Part shown: positions 19,276 through 29,442 of the stretch, one piece after another | Numbering within the stretch: the stretch's first letter is position 1 | Layout of the letters: the number at the start of each line of letters is the position of its first letter | Assembly: GCA_050239825.1 (NCBI GenBank) | Contig: JBFXGO010000006.1 | Location: forward strand, 1-64,000 | Reading direction: 5' to 3' | Length of the DNA stretch: 64,000 nucleotides | Origin: a bacterium | GTDB lineage: Bacteria > Hydrothermota > 32-111 | Notes under the pieces: model-generated | What the model saw: only the letters and a program-made list of their open reading frames with translations | Told to the model about the DNA's origin: nothing | Databases searched by the model: none | Position numbers and translations under genes: made by a program

Positions 19276-20605
19276 AGTTGTCCTTTATTTTTTTGAATTC
19301 ATCCTTTCCGCATAAATATCCGTACAAAAGAGGATATTTTGTTTTTGCCCTTGAAGCTATCAGATCGGATAATTTTCTTATCTCAAGCTGGGCATGCCTA
19401 TCGGAACGCAATCTGACAAAATGATAGAGCTCTCTTGAGTTCATCTTTACAAGAACGGCTCTTTTTGATGCATTTAAAGCTGTGTACTGTAGAATCCCGC
19501 CATTCTGCCTTCTAATAATTTTGTCTGTCTTCATCGATAATTCGGCTATTGCATTCAATTTTTCTTCAAGAGGTGTATTGAGGAATGATTCAGGGATATA
19601 TGGTTTTTCTTTCAATGAGTATGCCTGAGGTATAATTGTCGACATCCTGTGTCTCTTCAGCTGTGCAAAACAAGAGGCGGAGCAGTAAACGACAAATTTC
19701 ACATCCGGCATCTCAAACTCCCTCGGGATGCGGTCATACTCATTGACCGAAAGAAGCAGTGATGCAATTCTTTCGTATGAATTCTCGGCAAGTCTCGCAG
19801 AATGCTTTAACTTTTCTCCGTTTCTGGAAAAGTTTAAAGTATTAATCAACTCCGCCTCCTGATTATTTGAGAAGACCAGCATCTCTACTGCATCAGCAGG
19901 AAACTTATGTTTCACCGAAGAATAAGATTTTTTCAAGAAATTTCTTTTATCTGTGTACTTGATTATAGAAGGAGCAATTCCTTCAACCTGTTTCAAAAGT
20001 GCGTCGCCGATATCCTTCAACTCGCATGAATCCTGAGACCTCAGGTCGGAAATAAGGTACTCAAGCTCTCTTCCGTTTATAGTGAGTCCGCATTGGGTGT
20101 TTGTCGAAAGCGGAAGAAAATATCTGGCATCCTCATTTGTCTCTGTCTTCGAAAGATTCATTTTTGAAAGATAATTTTTAGCATTGGAATATTCATCAAA
20201 GCATCTTCCGCAGAAAGATTTATATGCCTTTATTGCTTTGCCGTCGCCTTCGATTTCAACCGGCAGATGATAACCTGTATCAAAAGAGACATATCTTTGG
20301 GATTTTTCAGTATATGATGCAAGTCTGTGGCTCTGTATGTGTTCAATGGCAGCGCGGGAAATCTGCATCAGGTCAAAATTGAAGACGGAATGTTCGGCAA
20401 TTGATGCGTGGCCAAGGCCGAATACAATTGTTTCATTTGATTTTCTGGATTTTTCCACATCAACTCTAGCCTCGTTTCTTAAAATGGGAATCTCCTTTTC
20501 CGACCTTGAAATTCTGGCATACGCGGCTGATATTGTTTCAGGTGTCAGAGATTTATCTGTAAGACCATCCGAATCCACATTGTATCCGGAAAGCATTATT
20601 TTCAT
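19259..20605 (-). CDS. thyX: FAD-dependent thymidylate synthase, two-domain form
   Basis: GHASIAEH, HRLASYTEKSQRY, DARYFLP; second KRHRMS and LRSDRHAQLEIR. Confidence 0.9.
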   Translation of the reverse strand: MKIMLSGYNVDSDGLTDKSLTPETISAAYARISRSEKEIPILRNEARVDVEKSRKSNETIVFGLGHASIAEHSVFNFDLMQISRAAIEHIQSHRLASYTEKSQRYVSFDTGYHLPVEIEGDGKAIKAYKSFCGRCFDEYSNAKNYLSKMNLSKTETNEDARYFLPLSTNTQCGLTINGRELEYLISDLRSQDSCELKDIGDALLKQVEGIAPSIIKYTDKRNFLKKSYSSVKHKFPADAVEMLVFSNNQEAELINTLNFSRNGEKLKHSARLAENSYERIASLLLSVNEYDRIPREFEMPDVKFVVYCSASCFAQLKRHRMSTIIPQAYSLKEKPYIPESFLNTPLEEKLNAIAELSMKTDKIIRRQNGGILQYTALNASKRAVLVKMNSRELYHFVRLRSDRHAQLEIRKLSDLIASRAKTKYPLLYGYLCGKDEFKKIKDNSNQSI

Positions 20606-22569
20606 TTCTCCTCCGCCATTTTTAAGAGTTCATCCTCCGTAATAATTTTCACAGAGAACTTTTCAGCTTTTTTTAGTTTTGAACCCGGACTCTCTCCTAC
20701 AACAAGATAATCGGTCTTCAAAGAAACATCGCTTTGAACATTGCCGCCCTTTGATAATATGTATTCCTCTGCTTTCTCTCTTGTGAAATTTTTTAAAACA
20801 CCGGTAAGAACAAAAGAAATGCCCTTGAAAGCGCCATCGGCATCAGCGAACCTCATTGCAAGGCCGGCATCTTTGAGTCTCTCTATTTCATCCCTGTTGG
20901 TTTTATTTTCAAAAAAGAGCAGTATCGCCCTTGCGGATTCCTCTCCGATACCCGGAACTTCAATGAGCTCTTCATAGGTTGAATTTACAAGGGAATCAAT
21001 GTTTTTAAACCTTTCGGCGAGCTTTGATGCCGCAAACTCTCCGACATTTCTGATGCCAAATCCGTTTATCAGTTTGGCGAGCGGTCTGCTTTTTGAATTA
21101 TCAATTGCATCAAGAAGATTCTGCGCTGTCTTTTCCCTTACTCTCTCAAGAGAGAGAAGGTCTGTTTTGGAAAGTCTGTAAATAGCCGAAATTGAATTCA
21201 GCAGATTGTTTTTAATCAGTCGCTCTACCATCGAAGGGCCCATATTTTCAATATTCATAGCCTTCTTAGAAGCAAAATGCGTCAGCGAGAGTTCTATTTG
21301 TTCGGGACAGCTTCTGTTGATGCATCTCACGGCGACTTCGTCCTCGTACTTAACAAGTTTCTCTCCGCATGAAGGGCATTGTTTTGGTATTGATATTTCA
21401 GTTTCATTGCCTGACCGCATTTCAGAAACAACCCGCAGAACCTTTGGTATAATCTCGCCGCTCTTCTCTATCTCGACAAAATCCATATTTTTAAGTCCGA
21501 GTCTTGACATCTCTTCAAAATTATGAAGAGTCGCTCTTCTCACGACAGTTCCCGAAAGTCGGACAGGAGTTAAATTAGCCACCGGTGTTATTACTCCCGT
21601 GCGCCCAACCTGAAAAGAGACACTCTCAAGTTTTGTTACGGCTCGTTTTGGAGTGAATTTGTAAGCGAAAGCCCATTTTGGGGATTTGCTTGTGAAGCCG
21701 ACCTTTTCGCGAAGAGACAGCTGGTTGAGTTTTATTACAACCCCGTCAGTTTCGTAAGGAAGAGAGAATCTCTGTTTCTCAAAAGCATCTTTTGATTTGA
21801 TAAGATCATCAATGCTCTCAGCCTCTGAAATTATCTGAACAACCGGGAGCTTGAGTTCGGAAAGTTTTTTTAATGTATTTATATGCGTATCCGCAATTGG
21901 AGTCACGACAGTGTGAATGAGTATGGATAGCTTTCTTTTTGAGACCTCTTCAGCGCTTTGAAGCTTGAGGGTGCCTGATGCCGCATTGCGCGGATTGGAG
22001 AAAGAGTATGTTTCGCTGAGCTTCTCGAATCTTTTCTTTGTAAAAAAAACCTCTCCTCTGACAATTATGTCCCCTTTAATTATTTCGCTCAGTTTGAGAG
22101 GCAGGTCCCTTATAGTGCGGATATTTGATGTCACATCATCTCCCGTCTCTCCGTCTCCGCGCGTCAGAGCCATAAAAAGCTCCGAGTTCCTGTAAATTAT
22201 GGAAATGGCAGTCCCGTCAATTTTCGGCTCTACCGAGTATGTAAATCTTTTATCAAGCGACTCCTTTATTCTTGAGTGAAATGATTTAAGCTCCTCGTCA
22301 GAGTATGTATTGTCAAGTGAGTACATTTTCGGCTGATGAATATGTTTTTCAAAATGTTTCAGATTTTTTTCGGATACCCTTTTTGTCGGAGAATCGGATG
22401 CATCAAATTCCGGATGCCTCTCTTCAAGGTCCTTCAACTCTCTGTAAAGAATGTCATATTGATAGTCATCAATCAAAGGGTCATCGAGAACATAGTAGTT
22501 GTAATCGTATTCCGTTAGGAGTTTTCTTAACTCCAAAATTCGCTTTTCCGCTTCTTCTTTTTCCTTCAT
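20602..22569 (-). CDS. ligA: NAD-dependent DNA ligase
   Basis: EPKIDG, zinc finger CPSC..CINRSC, BRCT domain; start at ATG 22569 overlapping secA stop. Confidence 0.97.
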   Translation of the reverse strand: MKEKEEAEKRILELRKLLTEYDYNYYVLDDPLIDDYQYDILYRELKDLEERHPEFDASDSPTKRVSEKNLKHFEKHIHQPKMYSLDNTYSDEELKSFHSRIKESLDKRFTYSVEPKIDGTAISIIYRNSELFMALTRGDGETGDDVTSNIRTIRDLPLKLSEIIKGDIIVRGEVFFTKKRFEKLSETYSFSNPRNAASGTLKLQSAEEVSKRKLSILIHTVVTPIADTHINTLKKLSELKLPVVQIISEAESIDDLIKSKDAFEKQRFSLPYETDGVVIKLNQLSLREKVGFTSKSPKWAFAYKFTPKRAVTKLESVSFQVGRTGVITPVANLTPVRLSGTVVRRATLHNFEEMSRLGLKNMDFVEIEKSGEIIPKVLRVVSEMRSGNETEISIPKQCPSCGEKLVKYEDEVAVRCINRSCPEQIELSLTHFASKKAMNIENMGPSMVERLIKNNLLNSISAIYRLSKTDLLSLERVREKTAQNLLDAIDNSKSRPLAKLINGFGIRNVGEFAASKLAERFKNIDSLVNSTYEELIEVPGIGEESARAILLFFENKTNRDEIERLKDAGLAMRFADADGAFKGISFVLTGVLKNFTREKAEEYILSKGGNVQSDVSLKTDYLVVGESPGSKLKKAEKFSVKIITEDELLKMAEEK

Positions 22570-25500
22570 ACATTTTTGCCGTGGCAGTTTTTGTATTTTT
22601 TCCCGCTGCCGCACCAGCATGGGTCGTTTCTTCCTATTTTTCTATCCTCTCTTGTGACAGGCTTCTGTTTTGATGAAGACTCTTCAGGCGTGTTCGCGGC
22701 TATCTCCCGTTTCACGGTGTCGATTCTTCTCGGTTTGTTTTCCTGCTTTGTCTGCATGCTCCTAACGGCGGAGAAAAATTTTTCGCAGAAATCCTTGTGA
22801 ATATTGTCCATTAAATCATTGAACAGCAGATACGCCTCCTTCTTGAATTCAACAAGCGGGTCCCTCTGAGCGTATCCCCTGAGAGAGATTCCCTCTTTAA
22901 TTGCGTCAAGTTCGTAAAGCTGTTCAATCCAAAGTTTGTCGATTGACATTATGAACATATTGCATAGATTAAAAAGCAGAAGTTCCTTGTTTGAGAAGAG
23001 AGCAAGCTTTTCACTGAGTATGCCGCCTATAAGCTTTTCAGTATCCTCTAAAAACTGCTTCTTTGTAATTTCATTGCTTTGCTTCTTTAAATTTATCCTG
23101 AAATAATGCATGAACCATTCATTCATTCTATCCATATCCCACTCCTCATATGGAAGCTGGTCCGGGATCTCTCCGCTGATGAAATCTGATGCCAGGGGAG
23201 GGATGTTTTCAGAGATGTATGAGACGACCTCTTCATAGTTTGAATCAAATCCAAAGGATATCTGCCGGGAGACAATCTCCTCAATGTCTGTTCTTGATGC
23301 GTCCTTAAAGTCCAATGAAATTGAGTTGGAATTCATTATTGCAGCAAACCTCCGCACTTCGCTTTCGAACAAACTGCGGTCATTCAGTGATGCGGCGGCA
23401 TCAAGTTTCTGTCTGAAAGAGGCGATATACTGGGAGAAAGCGTCCCTGTCCACAAATTCAAGAGGAGGTTTTCTGTCAAGAAAGAAATTTCTCAATTGAT
23501 AAACTATCTCCCTCTGTTTGTTGATTACATCATCATACTCAAGCAGATATTTTCTTCTTTCAAAATTTAAATTTTCTATTCTCTTCTGGGCGCTCTCAAT
23601 AGAGGATGTCAAAAGTCTGTGAGAAACGGAAGTTTCATTAGACGAAATCGCTTCAAGGCGCTTTATCATATCGCTCATTTTTTCATTACCGAATACTCTC
23701 ATCAAGTCATCTTCAAGAGATACAGTAAACATGGAAGCCCCGGGGTCCCCCTGTCTTCCGCTTCTGCCTCTCAGCTGTCTGTCGATTCTTCTGGACTCAT
23801 GTTTTTCGGTTCCGAGAACGAAGAGTCCTGCAGGCACATGTTCCGAGCATGACCCGTCAGGGGCGTATGAAATGCAGACAAACCTCTTGGATGGTTCAGC
23901 AGGTGAGGAGACTCTGACCTCAAATGCTGAATTGCCCTGCTCTTGTCGGAGAGCGACAAGAATCAACTCATTCTTTTTATCTTCATCAAAGGTGAAATAG
24001 ATTGCCTTCTCTTTCAGATATGGGTCGCTTTGAAGCAGTTCCCTTATATAATTCATGCTTGTTTCATCATCAAGCAAAACCGCAGCGTTTTTCTTGAGAT
24101 TGTTTTTTACATGCAGTGCCTGCAGCAGAGCGCTTCTCTCCGGAAGCATTTTGATGGTCTCTCCGAGTTTTATGTCGGTTCCTCTTCCCGCCATGTTTGT
24201 CGCGATGGTCACTGCTCCCTGCAATCCCGCCTCAGCGATAATGTTAGCCTCCTGTTCATGATGCCTTGCATTCAAGATATTATACTTGATATTCTTTCCG
24301 GATAAATCCTTTTTCGTTTTCAAGGTTGTGTCAAGGTATTCGCTTGACTGAACGGATGCTGTTCCCACAAGAAGCGGAACTCCGGCATTGTGTATTTTCA
24401 ATATTTTTTCTATTATATGCTTTGTCTTCTCCTCTTTTCTTATGAACAGAAGGTCATTGTAGTCTTTTCTTACTACATCCCTGTTTGTAGGTATAACCAA
24501 AACCGGAAGCTTGTAGATATGCATGAATTCGCCTGCCTCTGTTTCTGCTGTTCCGGTCATTCCCGATAGTTTTGAAAACATTCTAAAGAGATTCTGAAGA
24601 GTTATTGTCGCGAGAGTTTTTGTCTCCTCCTGAATGGAGACATTCTCTTTTGCTTCTATCGCAGAATGCAGTCCCTCGGAAAAGCGTCTGCTGGGCATAA
24701 GCCTTCCTGTGTGTTCATCCACAATAACTATTTTCCCGTTTTGCACTATGTATTCCACATCCCTTTCAAACAGTGTGTGCGCTTTTAAAAGCTGATGAAG
24801 AGCATGTATATACTCTGATCTCTCGGCATACTTTTGTATTACCTCTGCTTTCTTTTTGGACCTCTCATCCAGATTATCAATTTCATCTTCAAGTTTTTTA
24901 AACTCCAGCGACAGTTCCGGAGTGGAGAAGAATTCCGTATCAGAATGAATTTTCTCAAAATAATCTTCGCCTTTGTCGGTTATCGTAACCGCTCCGCTTC
25001 TCTCTTCAATGGTATATAGAAGTTCGGTGTCAAGAGTGTGCACCATCTTGTCTCTTATGAGAACATTCTCCATTTTTTCCATTTTTGAAAGAATGTCGGA
25101 GTTCTGCATCACCTCAACTATCTCCTTCATTTTTGGAAATGCCCGTTTTACCGACAAAAAGCCGGTTATAGCTTCATCAAATTTACCTTCGTCATAGAGT
25201 TTTTTCGATTTTTCAAAAATCTTTCTTGCCGTCTCTTTCTGCGTTCTTACGAATTGGTTAACGGAAGATGAGAGTGAGCGGTACTGCATTTCAGTGCGTT
25301 TCTCTTCGACTCCGCCGAGAGGCATTCCTGATATAATCAGCGGGGTTCGGGCTTCATCAATCAGAACAGAGTCCACCTCATCTATGATTGCAAAATTAAA
25401 ATTGTCTCTGTGCACCTTCTCGGATTTTTGATAAGCCATGTTGTCTCTCAGGTAATCAAAACCAAACTCATTATTTGTAACATAAGTAATGTCGCAGGAA

Positions 25501-26048
25501 TAGTTGGCTCTTCTCTCCGACGGGTTCATCCCCATCTGTATCAATCCGACAGAGACTCCGAGTCTTTCATAAACCGGTTTCATCCATGCTCTGTCTCTTC
25601 TAGCAAGATAATCATTGACAGTGACAAGGCAGGAGCCTTTACCATCAAGAGAATTAAGATAGAGAGGCATTACTGCCACCAAAGTTTTACCTTCACCGGT
25701 TGCCATTTCAACAATATTGCCGCGGTGAAGGCCTATTGATCCGATAATCTGCACATCATAAGGAATCATCTCCCACTTGAACTTCATGTCGGAATCCTGA
25801 TATTCATACTTCTCATCGGCAAGTTGTTTCATGACATATTTTACGAGAGCGAATGCATCGATGAGCACATCATCGGGACTCTCGTTATTCTTTATCCTGC
25901 CTTTAAGCTCCAAAGTGGCTTTCTCCGGATTTATAACTCCCGATGACAAGAGGTTTTCATATTTTTCGTTTATTTGATTGACTATCTTCTCTATCTCAGA
26001 GATCCGTCTCTGATTGTAAGAAGGGAAAAGTCTGGTTAAAAAATTCAT
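22566..26048 (-). CDS. secA: Preprotein translocase SecA with insertions
   Basis: MATGEGKT, DEVDSVLIDEARTPLIISG, QLRGRSGRQGDPG, CWCGSGKKYKNCH. Confidence 0.98.
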   Translation of the reverse strand: MNFLTRLFPSYNQRRISEIEKIVNQINEKYENLLSSGVINPEKATLELKGRIKNNESPDDVLIDAFALVKYVMKQLADEKYEYQDSDMKFKWEMIPYDVQIIGSIGLHRGNIVEMATGEGKTLVAVMPLYLNSLDGKGSCLVTVNDYLARRDRAWMKPVYERLGVSVGLIQMGMNPSERRANYSCDITYVTNNEFGFDYLRDNMAYQKSEKVHRDNFNFAIIDEVDSVLIDEARTPLIISGMPLGGVEEKRTEMQYRSLSSSVNQFVRTQKETARKIFEKSKKLYDEGKFDEAITGFLSVKRAFPKMKEIVEVMQNSDILSKMEKMENVLIRDKMVHTLDTELLYTIEERSGAVTITDKGEDYFEKIHSDTEFFSTPELSLEFKKLEDEIDNLDERSKKKAEVIQKYAERSEYIHALHQLLKAHTLFERDVEYIVQNGKIVIVDEHTGRLMPSRRFSEGLHSAIEAKENVSIQEETKTLATITLQNLFRMFSKLSGMTGTAETEAGEFMHIYKLPVLVIPTNRDVVRKDYNDLLFIRKEEKTKHIIEKILKIHNAGVPLLVGTASVQSSEYLDTTLKTKKDLSGKNIKYNILNARHHEQEANIIAEAGLQGAVTIATNMAGRGTDIKLGETIKMLPERSALLQALHVKNNLKKNAAVLLDDETSMNYIRELLQSDPYLKEKAIYFTFDEDKKNELILVALRQEQGNSAFEVRVSSPAEPSKRFVCISYAPDGSCSEHVPAGLFVLGTEKHESRRIDRQLRGRSGRQGDPGASMFTVSLEDDLMRVFGNEKMSDMIKRLEAISSNETSVSHRLLTSSIESAQKRIENLNFERRKYLLEYDDVINKQREIVYQLRNFFLDRKPPLEFVDRDAFSQYIASFRQKLDAAASLNDRSLFESEVRRFAAIMNSNSISLDFKDASRTDIEEIVSRQISFGFDSNYEEVVSYISENIPPLASDFISGEIPDQLPYEEWDMDRMNEWFMHYFRINLKKQSNEITKKQFLEDTEKLIGGILSEKLALFSNKELLLFNLCNMFIMSIDKLWIEQLYELDAIKEGISLRGYAQRDPLVEFKKEAYLLFNDLMDNIHKDFCEKFFSAVRSMQTKQENKPRRIDTVKREIAANTPEESSSKQKPVTREDRKIGRNDPCWCGSGKKYKNCHGKNV

Positions 26049-27925
26049 TTTAGAAGTTCTCCGGCTTTTACAAATATTCCATCTTCGTCAAGTCCAAGGA
26101 TGTTTCTCAGCTTCTTCTGGCTTCCTGCTTCAACGAAAGAATCGCCTGCGGAAAGGCACGCAACCCTTAATTTTGAATTTTTCTCTCCTATCATTCTTTC
26201 TACATATTCACCGTACCCTCCTGAAAGAATGTTCTCCTCGACAGTGAGCAGAAGAGAGTGATTCTTTTCAATGGAGATTATCGTTTCAACATCAAGCGGT
26301 TTTACAAATCTTGCGTTTATTACTGTCGGGGTGAATCCGTACACCTCTTTAATCCTGTCAGCCGCCCTCATGGCTGGATACACCATATTGCCCAAGGCGC
26401 ATATTATAAGTTTTTCTCCGCGAACAAGTATCTCCGATTTTCCAAGCGGGATATCTTTTATCTCTTTAGAGATGTCCACTCCGATGCCTTCGCCTCTCGG
26501 ATACCTCAGCGCTATCGGTCCGTCATTATACTCGATTCCGAGTTTCACCATGCTTCTCAGTTCATCTTCATCCTTAGGCGACATTATAACCATATCAGGC
26601 ACGGTTCTCAGGTAAGAGATGTCGAATAACCCGTGATGAGTCGGTCCGTCATCTCCGACAATTCCGGCTCTGTCAAGGACGAAGAATATATTCCTCTTCA
26701 TAAGAGCCGCATCATGTATCAGTTGGTCATAAGACCTCTGCAGGAATGTCGAATAAATTGCGCACACGGGTTTTTTTCCTGAGAGAGAGAGCCCCGCGGC
26801 AAATAAAACAGCATGTCCCTCGGCAATTCCTACATCGAAAAATCTTTCGTTTATTTCATCTCTGAAATATGAAAGTCCGGTTCCATCAGGCATCGCGGCT
26901 GTTATTGCCACAACATTTTTATTTTCTTTGGATAAACTCACGAGGGTTTTCCCGAAAACATCAGTGTATTTTACTTTGGCATCCTCCGCAATCTCAGTCT
27001 TGCCTGTCTCTTTGTTGAATTTTCCGAGTCCGTGGAATTTTGTCGGGTCATTCTCTGCGTGAACATATCCTCTTCCTTTCTGGGTGATTGCATGTATCAG
27101 AATAGGACCTTCATAGTTCTTGGCATACTTCAATGTTGAAATCATATCTTCAAGCGAATGACCGTCGAGAGGACCTATGTATCTTATGCCGAACTCTTCA
27201 AAGAAAATTGTTGGAATGAAGAAATTCTTAAGGGATTCTTTCATTCTTCTCGCAAGGTCGCGGGTTTTTTGCCCCATCCTATCAGGAAGCTTTCCCATAA
27301 GCTCCCACATGTCATTCTTGATTGAAGTGTAGACAGGCGTAGTCTGAAGCTTTCTCAGATATTGGGAAATTCCTCCGACATTTTCTGAAATGGACATATT
27401 GTTATCATTGAGGATTATTATCATCTTGCTTTTAGTGTGGGCGAGGTTGTTCAATGCTTCATATACAAGTCCGTTCGTCATCGCACCGTCGCCGATAACC
27501 GAAATAATCTGATACTTCTCTTTGGAAAGGTCGCGTCCGACAGCCATGCCGAGTGAAGCCGAGAGGGATGTGGCGGCATGTCCGACGGTAAGAGCGTCAT
27601 GCTCGCTTTCAAAAATATTGTTGAATCCGCTTATTCCGCCGAATGTGCGGAGCGTAGAGAATCTATCCTTTCTGCCTGTGATTATTTTGTGAGCGTATGA
27701 CTGATGTCCGACATCAAAGACTATTTTGTCCTTCGGCGAATCAAATACATAATGTATTGCGAGAATTATTTCGACTGACCCGAGGGATGGAGCGACATGA
27801 CCCCCCGTCCTTGATGTATTTCCAATAATGAAATATCTTATTTCGCTTGCCAGCTGGTACAGTTGGTTTATTGAGAGATGTTTTATATCTTCAGGTGAAT
27901 TCACTCTGTCAAGTATTGTATCCAT
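26045..27925 (-). CDS. dxs: 1-deoxy-D-xylulose-5-phosphate synthase
   Basis: DVGHQSY, GDGAMTNG..N, DGPTHHG, RYPRG. Confidence 0.97.
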   Translation of the reverse strand: MDTILDRVNSPEDIKHLSINQLYQLASEIRYFIIGNTSRTGGHVAPSLGSVEIILAIHYVFDSPKDKIVFDVGHQSYAHKIITGRKDRFSTLRTFGGISGFNNIFESEHDALTVGHAATSLSASLGMAVGRDLSKEKYQIISVIGDGAMTNGLVYEALNNLAHTKSKMIIILNDNNMSISENVGGISQYLRKLQTTPVYTSIKNDMWELMGKLPDRMGQKTRDLARRMKESLKNFFIPTIFFEEFGIRYIGPLDGHSLEDMISTLKYAKNYEGPILIHAITQKGRGYVHAENDPTKFHGLGKFNKETGKTEIAEDAKVKYTDVFGKTLVSLSKENKNVVAITAAMPDGTGLSYFRDEINERFFDVGIAEGHAVLFAAGLSLSGKKPVCAIYSTFLQRSYDQLIHDAALMKRNIFFVLDRAGIVGDDGPTHHGLFDISYLRTVPDMVIMSPKDEDELRSMVKLGIEYNDGPIALRYPRGEGIGVDISKEIKDIPLGKSEILVRGEKLIICALGNMVYPAMRAADRIKEVYGFTPTVINARFVKPLDVETIISIEKNHSLLLTVEENILSGGYGEYVERMIGEKNSKLRVACLSAGDSFVEAGSQKKLRNILGLDEDGIFVKAGELLK

Positions 27926-27933
27926 TTTTCCTC

Positions 27934-28359
27934 TTATTTGAAAATAAAGGCAATTACCAATCCAAGCAGGGCTCCGAAGAAAACTTCAATGGGAGTGTGT
28001 CCCAAAAGCTCCATCAGCCGTTCCTCCTTTAATTGGTGGGTCTGTTTGAATTCGTCTACTATCTTATTTATTACAGCCGCCTGTTTTCCCGCGGCTCTCC
28101 TGAGTCCTGCCGCATCGTACATAATGACAAAAGCAAAGAATGCCGAAGAAGCGAATACAGGAGAGTTGAATCCTGTCCAAAATCCGAGCATAAATGTCAA
28201 TGTTGTGGCTGTTGAAGCGTGAGAACTTGGCATGCCTCCGGTTTCAAAGAATTTTTTGAAATTTATCTTTTTATACTGAAGAAAGTATGAAAAAACTTTA
28301 ATAAACTGCGCAAGAGCTCCGCTAAAAATAGTTACGCTTAAAATTTTGATTGTCTCCAT
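27934..28359 (-). CDS. Divergent PAP2 / DUF212 family protein
   Basis: GGMPSSH, YDAAGLRRAAG, LGHTP. Confidence 0.9.
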   Translation of the reverse strand: METIKILSVTIFSGALAQFIKVFSYFLQYKKINFKKFFETGGMPSSHASTATTLTFMLGFWTGFNSPVFASSAFFAFVIMYDAAGLRRAAGKQAAVINKIVDEFKQTHQLKEERLMELLGHTPIEVFFGALLGLVIAFIFK

Positions 28360-29255
28360 TATTTAATCCTTTTGTGAAAATAATCAATCATGATTTCTAC
28401 AGAGTCGGATTTGAAATCAAGAGCACGTGATGCTCTCAATGCTTTATCCGCCTCTTTTTCCGCCATTCTCTTTGCCTCTTCAAGTCCGAAGAGAGAAACA
28501 TATGTCAGCTTGTTCTGCTTTAAATCCTTTCTGGCGGTCTTGCCGAGGACTTTTGATGTCTGAGTGACATCTATGATGTCATCGACAATCTGGAACAACA
28601 TTCCTGCGGCGGCTCCGAGCTTTGAAAGTTTTTTTACTGTATTTTCACCCTTTCCGAGCAGTATCGCCGGAAGAGTAAACGAGGCTCTTATAAGGGAAGC
28701 GGTCTTCTTCATATGTATGTATTTCAAAGTGTCGAAATTTCTTTCAAACAAAGACGCCTTAGTGTCGACAAACTGTCCGGCTACCATACCCCCTGTTCCA
28801 ATCGCCGACATGAGTTCTGAAATGCCTTTTAGCAGGTTTTCTTTTTTAAAGTTGTCTGCATTCAGAAATGTCTCAATTGCAAGAGAAAAGAGAGCATCTC
28901 CGGCAAGTATTGCGGTTGCCTCATCATATTTTTTATGAAGAGTAGGCAATCCTCTTCTGAAATCATCATTATCCATTGCGGGCAGGTCATCGTGTATCAG
29001 AGAGTATGTGTGTATCATCTCTACAGAACAAGCCGCGGTGAGAAGACCTCTGTGGTTCTTTACTGCGAAAAGGTCATCTCCTATGAGAAGCATTATTGCA
29101 GGGCGAAGCCTTTTGCCTCCGGCAGAGACTGAATAATGCATGGCTTCATAGAGGTTTTTTGCAAAATAATCTTTAGTTTTGAGAATCTTCTCAAGATGAT
29201 TATCTATCCGACTCTTTCTTGAGGATAGCAGGGAATCAAGATTTTTTCTTGTCAT
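28359..29255 (-). CDS. ispA: Farnesyl/geranylgeranyl diphosphate synthase
   Basis: GGKRLRP, HDDLPAMDNDDFRRG, FQIVDDIID. Confidence 0.93.
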   Translation of the reverse strand: MTRKNLDSLLSSRKSRIDNHLEKILKTKDYFAKNLYEAMHYSVSAGGKRLRPAIMLLIGDDLFAVKNHRGLLTAACSVEMIHTYSLIHDDLPAMDNDDFRRGLPTLHKKYDEATAILAGDALFSLAIETFLNADNFKKENLLKGISELMSAIGTGGMVAGQFVDTKASLFERNFDTLKYIHMKKTASLIRASFTLPAILLGKGENTVKKLSKLGAAAGMLFQIVDDIIDVTQTSKVLGKTARKDLKQNKLTYVSLFGLEEAKRMAEKEADKALRASRALDFKSDSVEIMIDYFHKRIK

Positions 29256-29442
29256 TATTTTCCTCTAAAATGTTCTTTATTCTCTCCTCATACGTTCCGA
29301 TTATGGTTTCCGCCTCTTTTATAAGTTTTATTCCCCGCTCGTACATTTCAATTGATTTTCCTATGTCAACGCCTTCCCCCTTGAGCTCTTTTACTATCTT
29401 CTCAATCTCGTTTATCTTCTCTTCAAGATTTTCCTCTTTCAT
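29236..29442 (-). CDS. xseB: Exodeoxyribonuclease VII small subunit
   Basis: IEKIVKEL..SIEMYERG; between xseA and ispA. Confidence 0.9.
   Translation of the reverse strand: MKEENLEEKINEIEKIVKELKGEGVDIGKSIEMYERGIKLIKEAETIIGTYEERIKNILEENNDKKKS

Noticed and set aside
23832..24161. Intein in SecA
   Set aside because: No N-terminal Cys/Ser and no C-terminal HN-(C/S/T) junction; the site is the known variable region.
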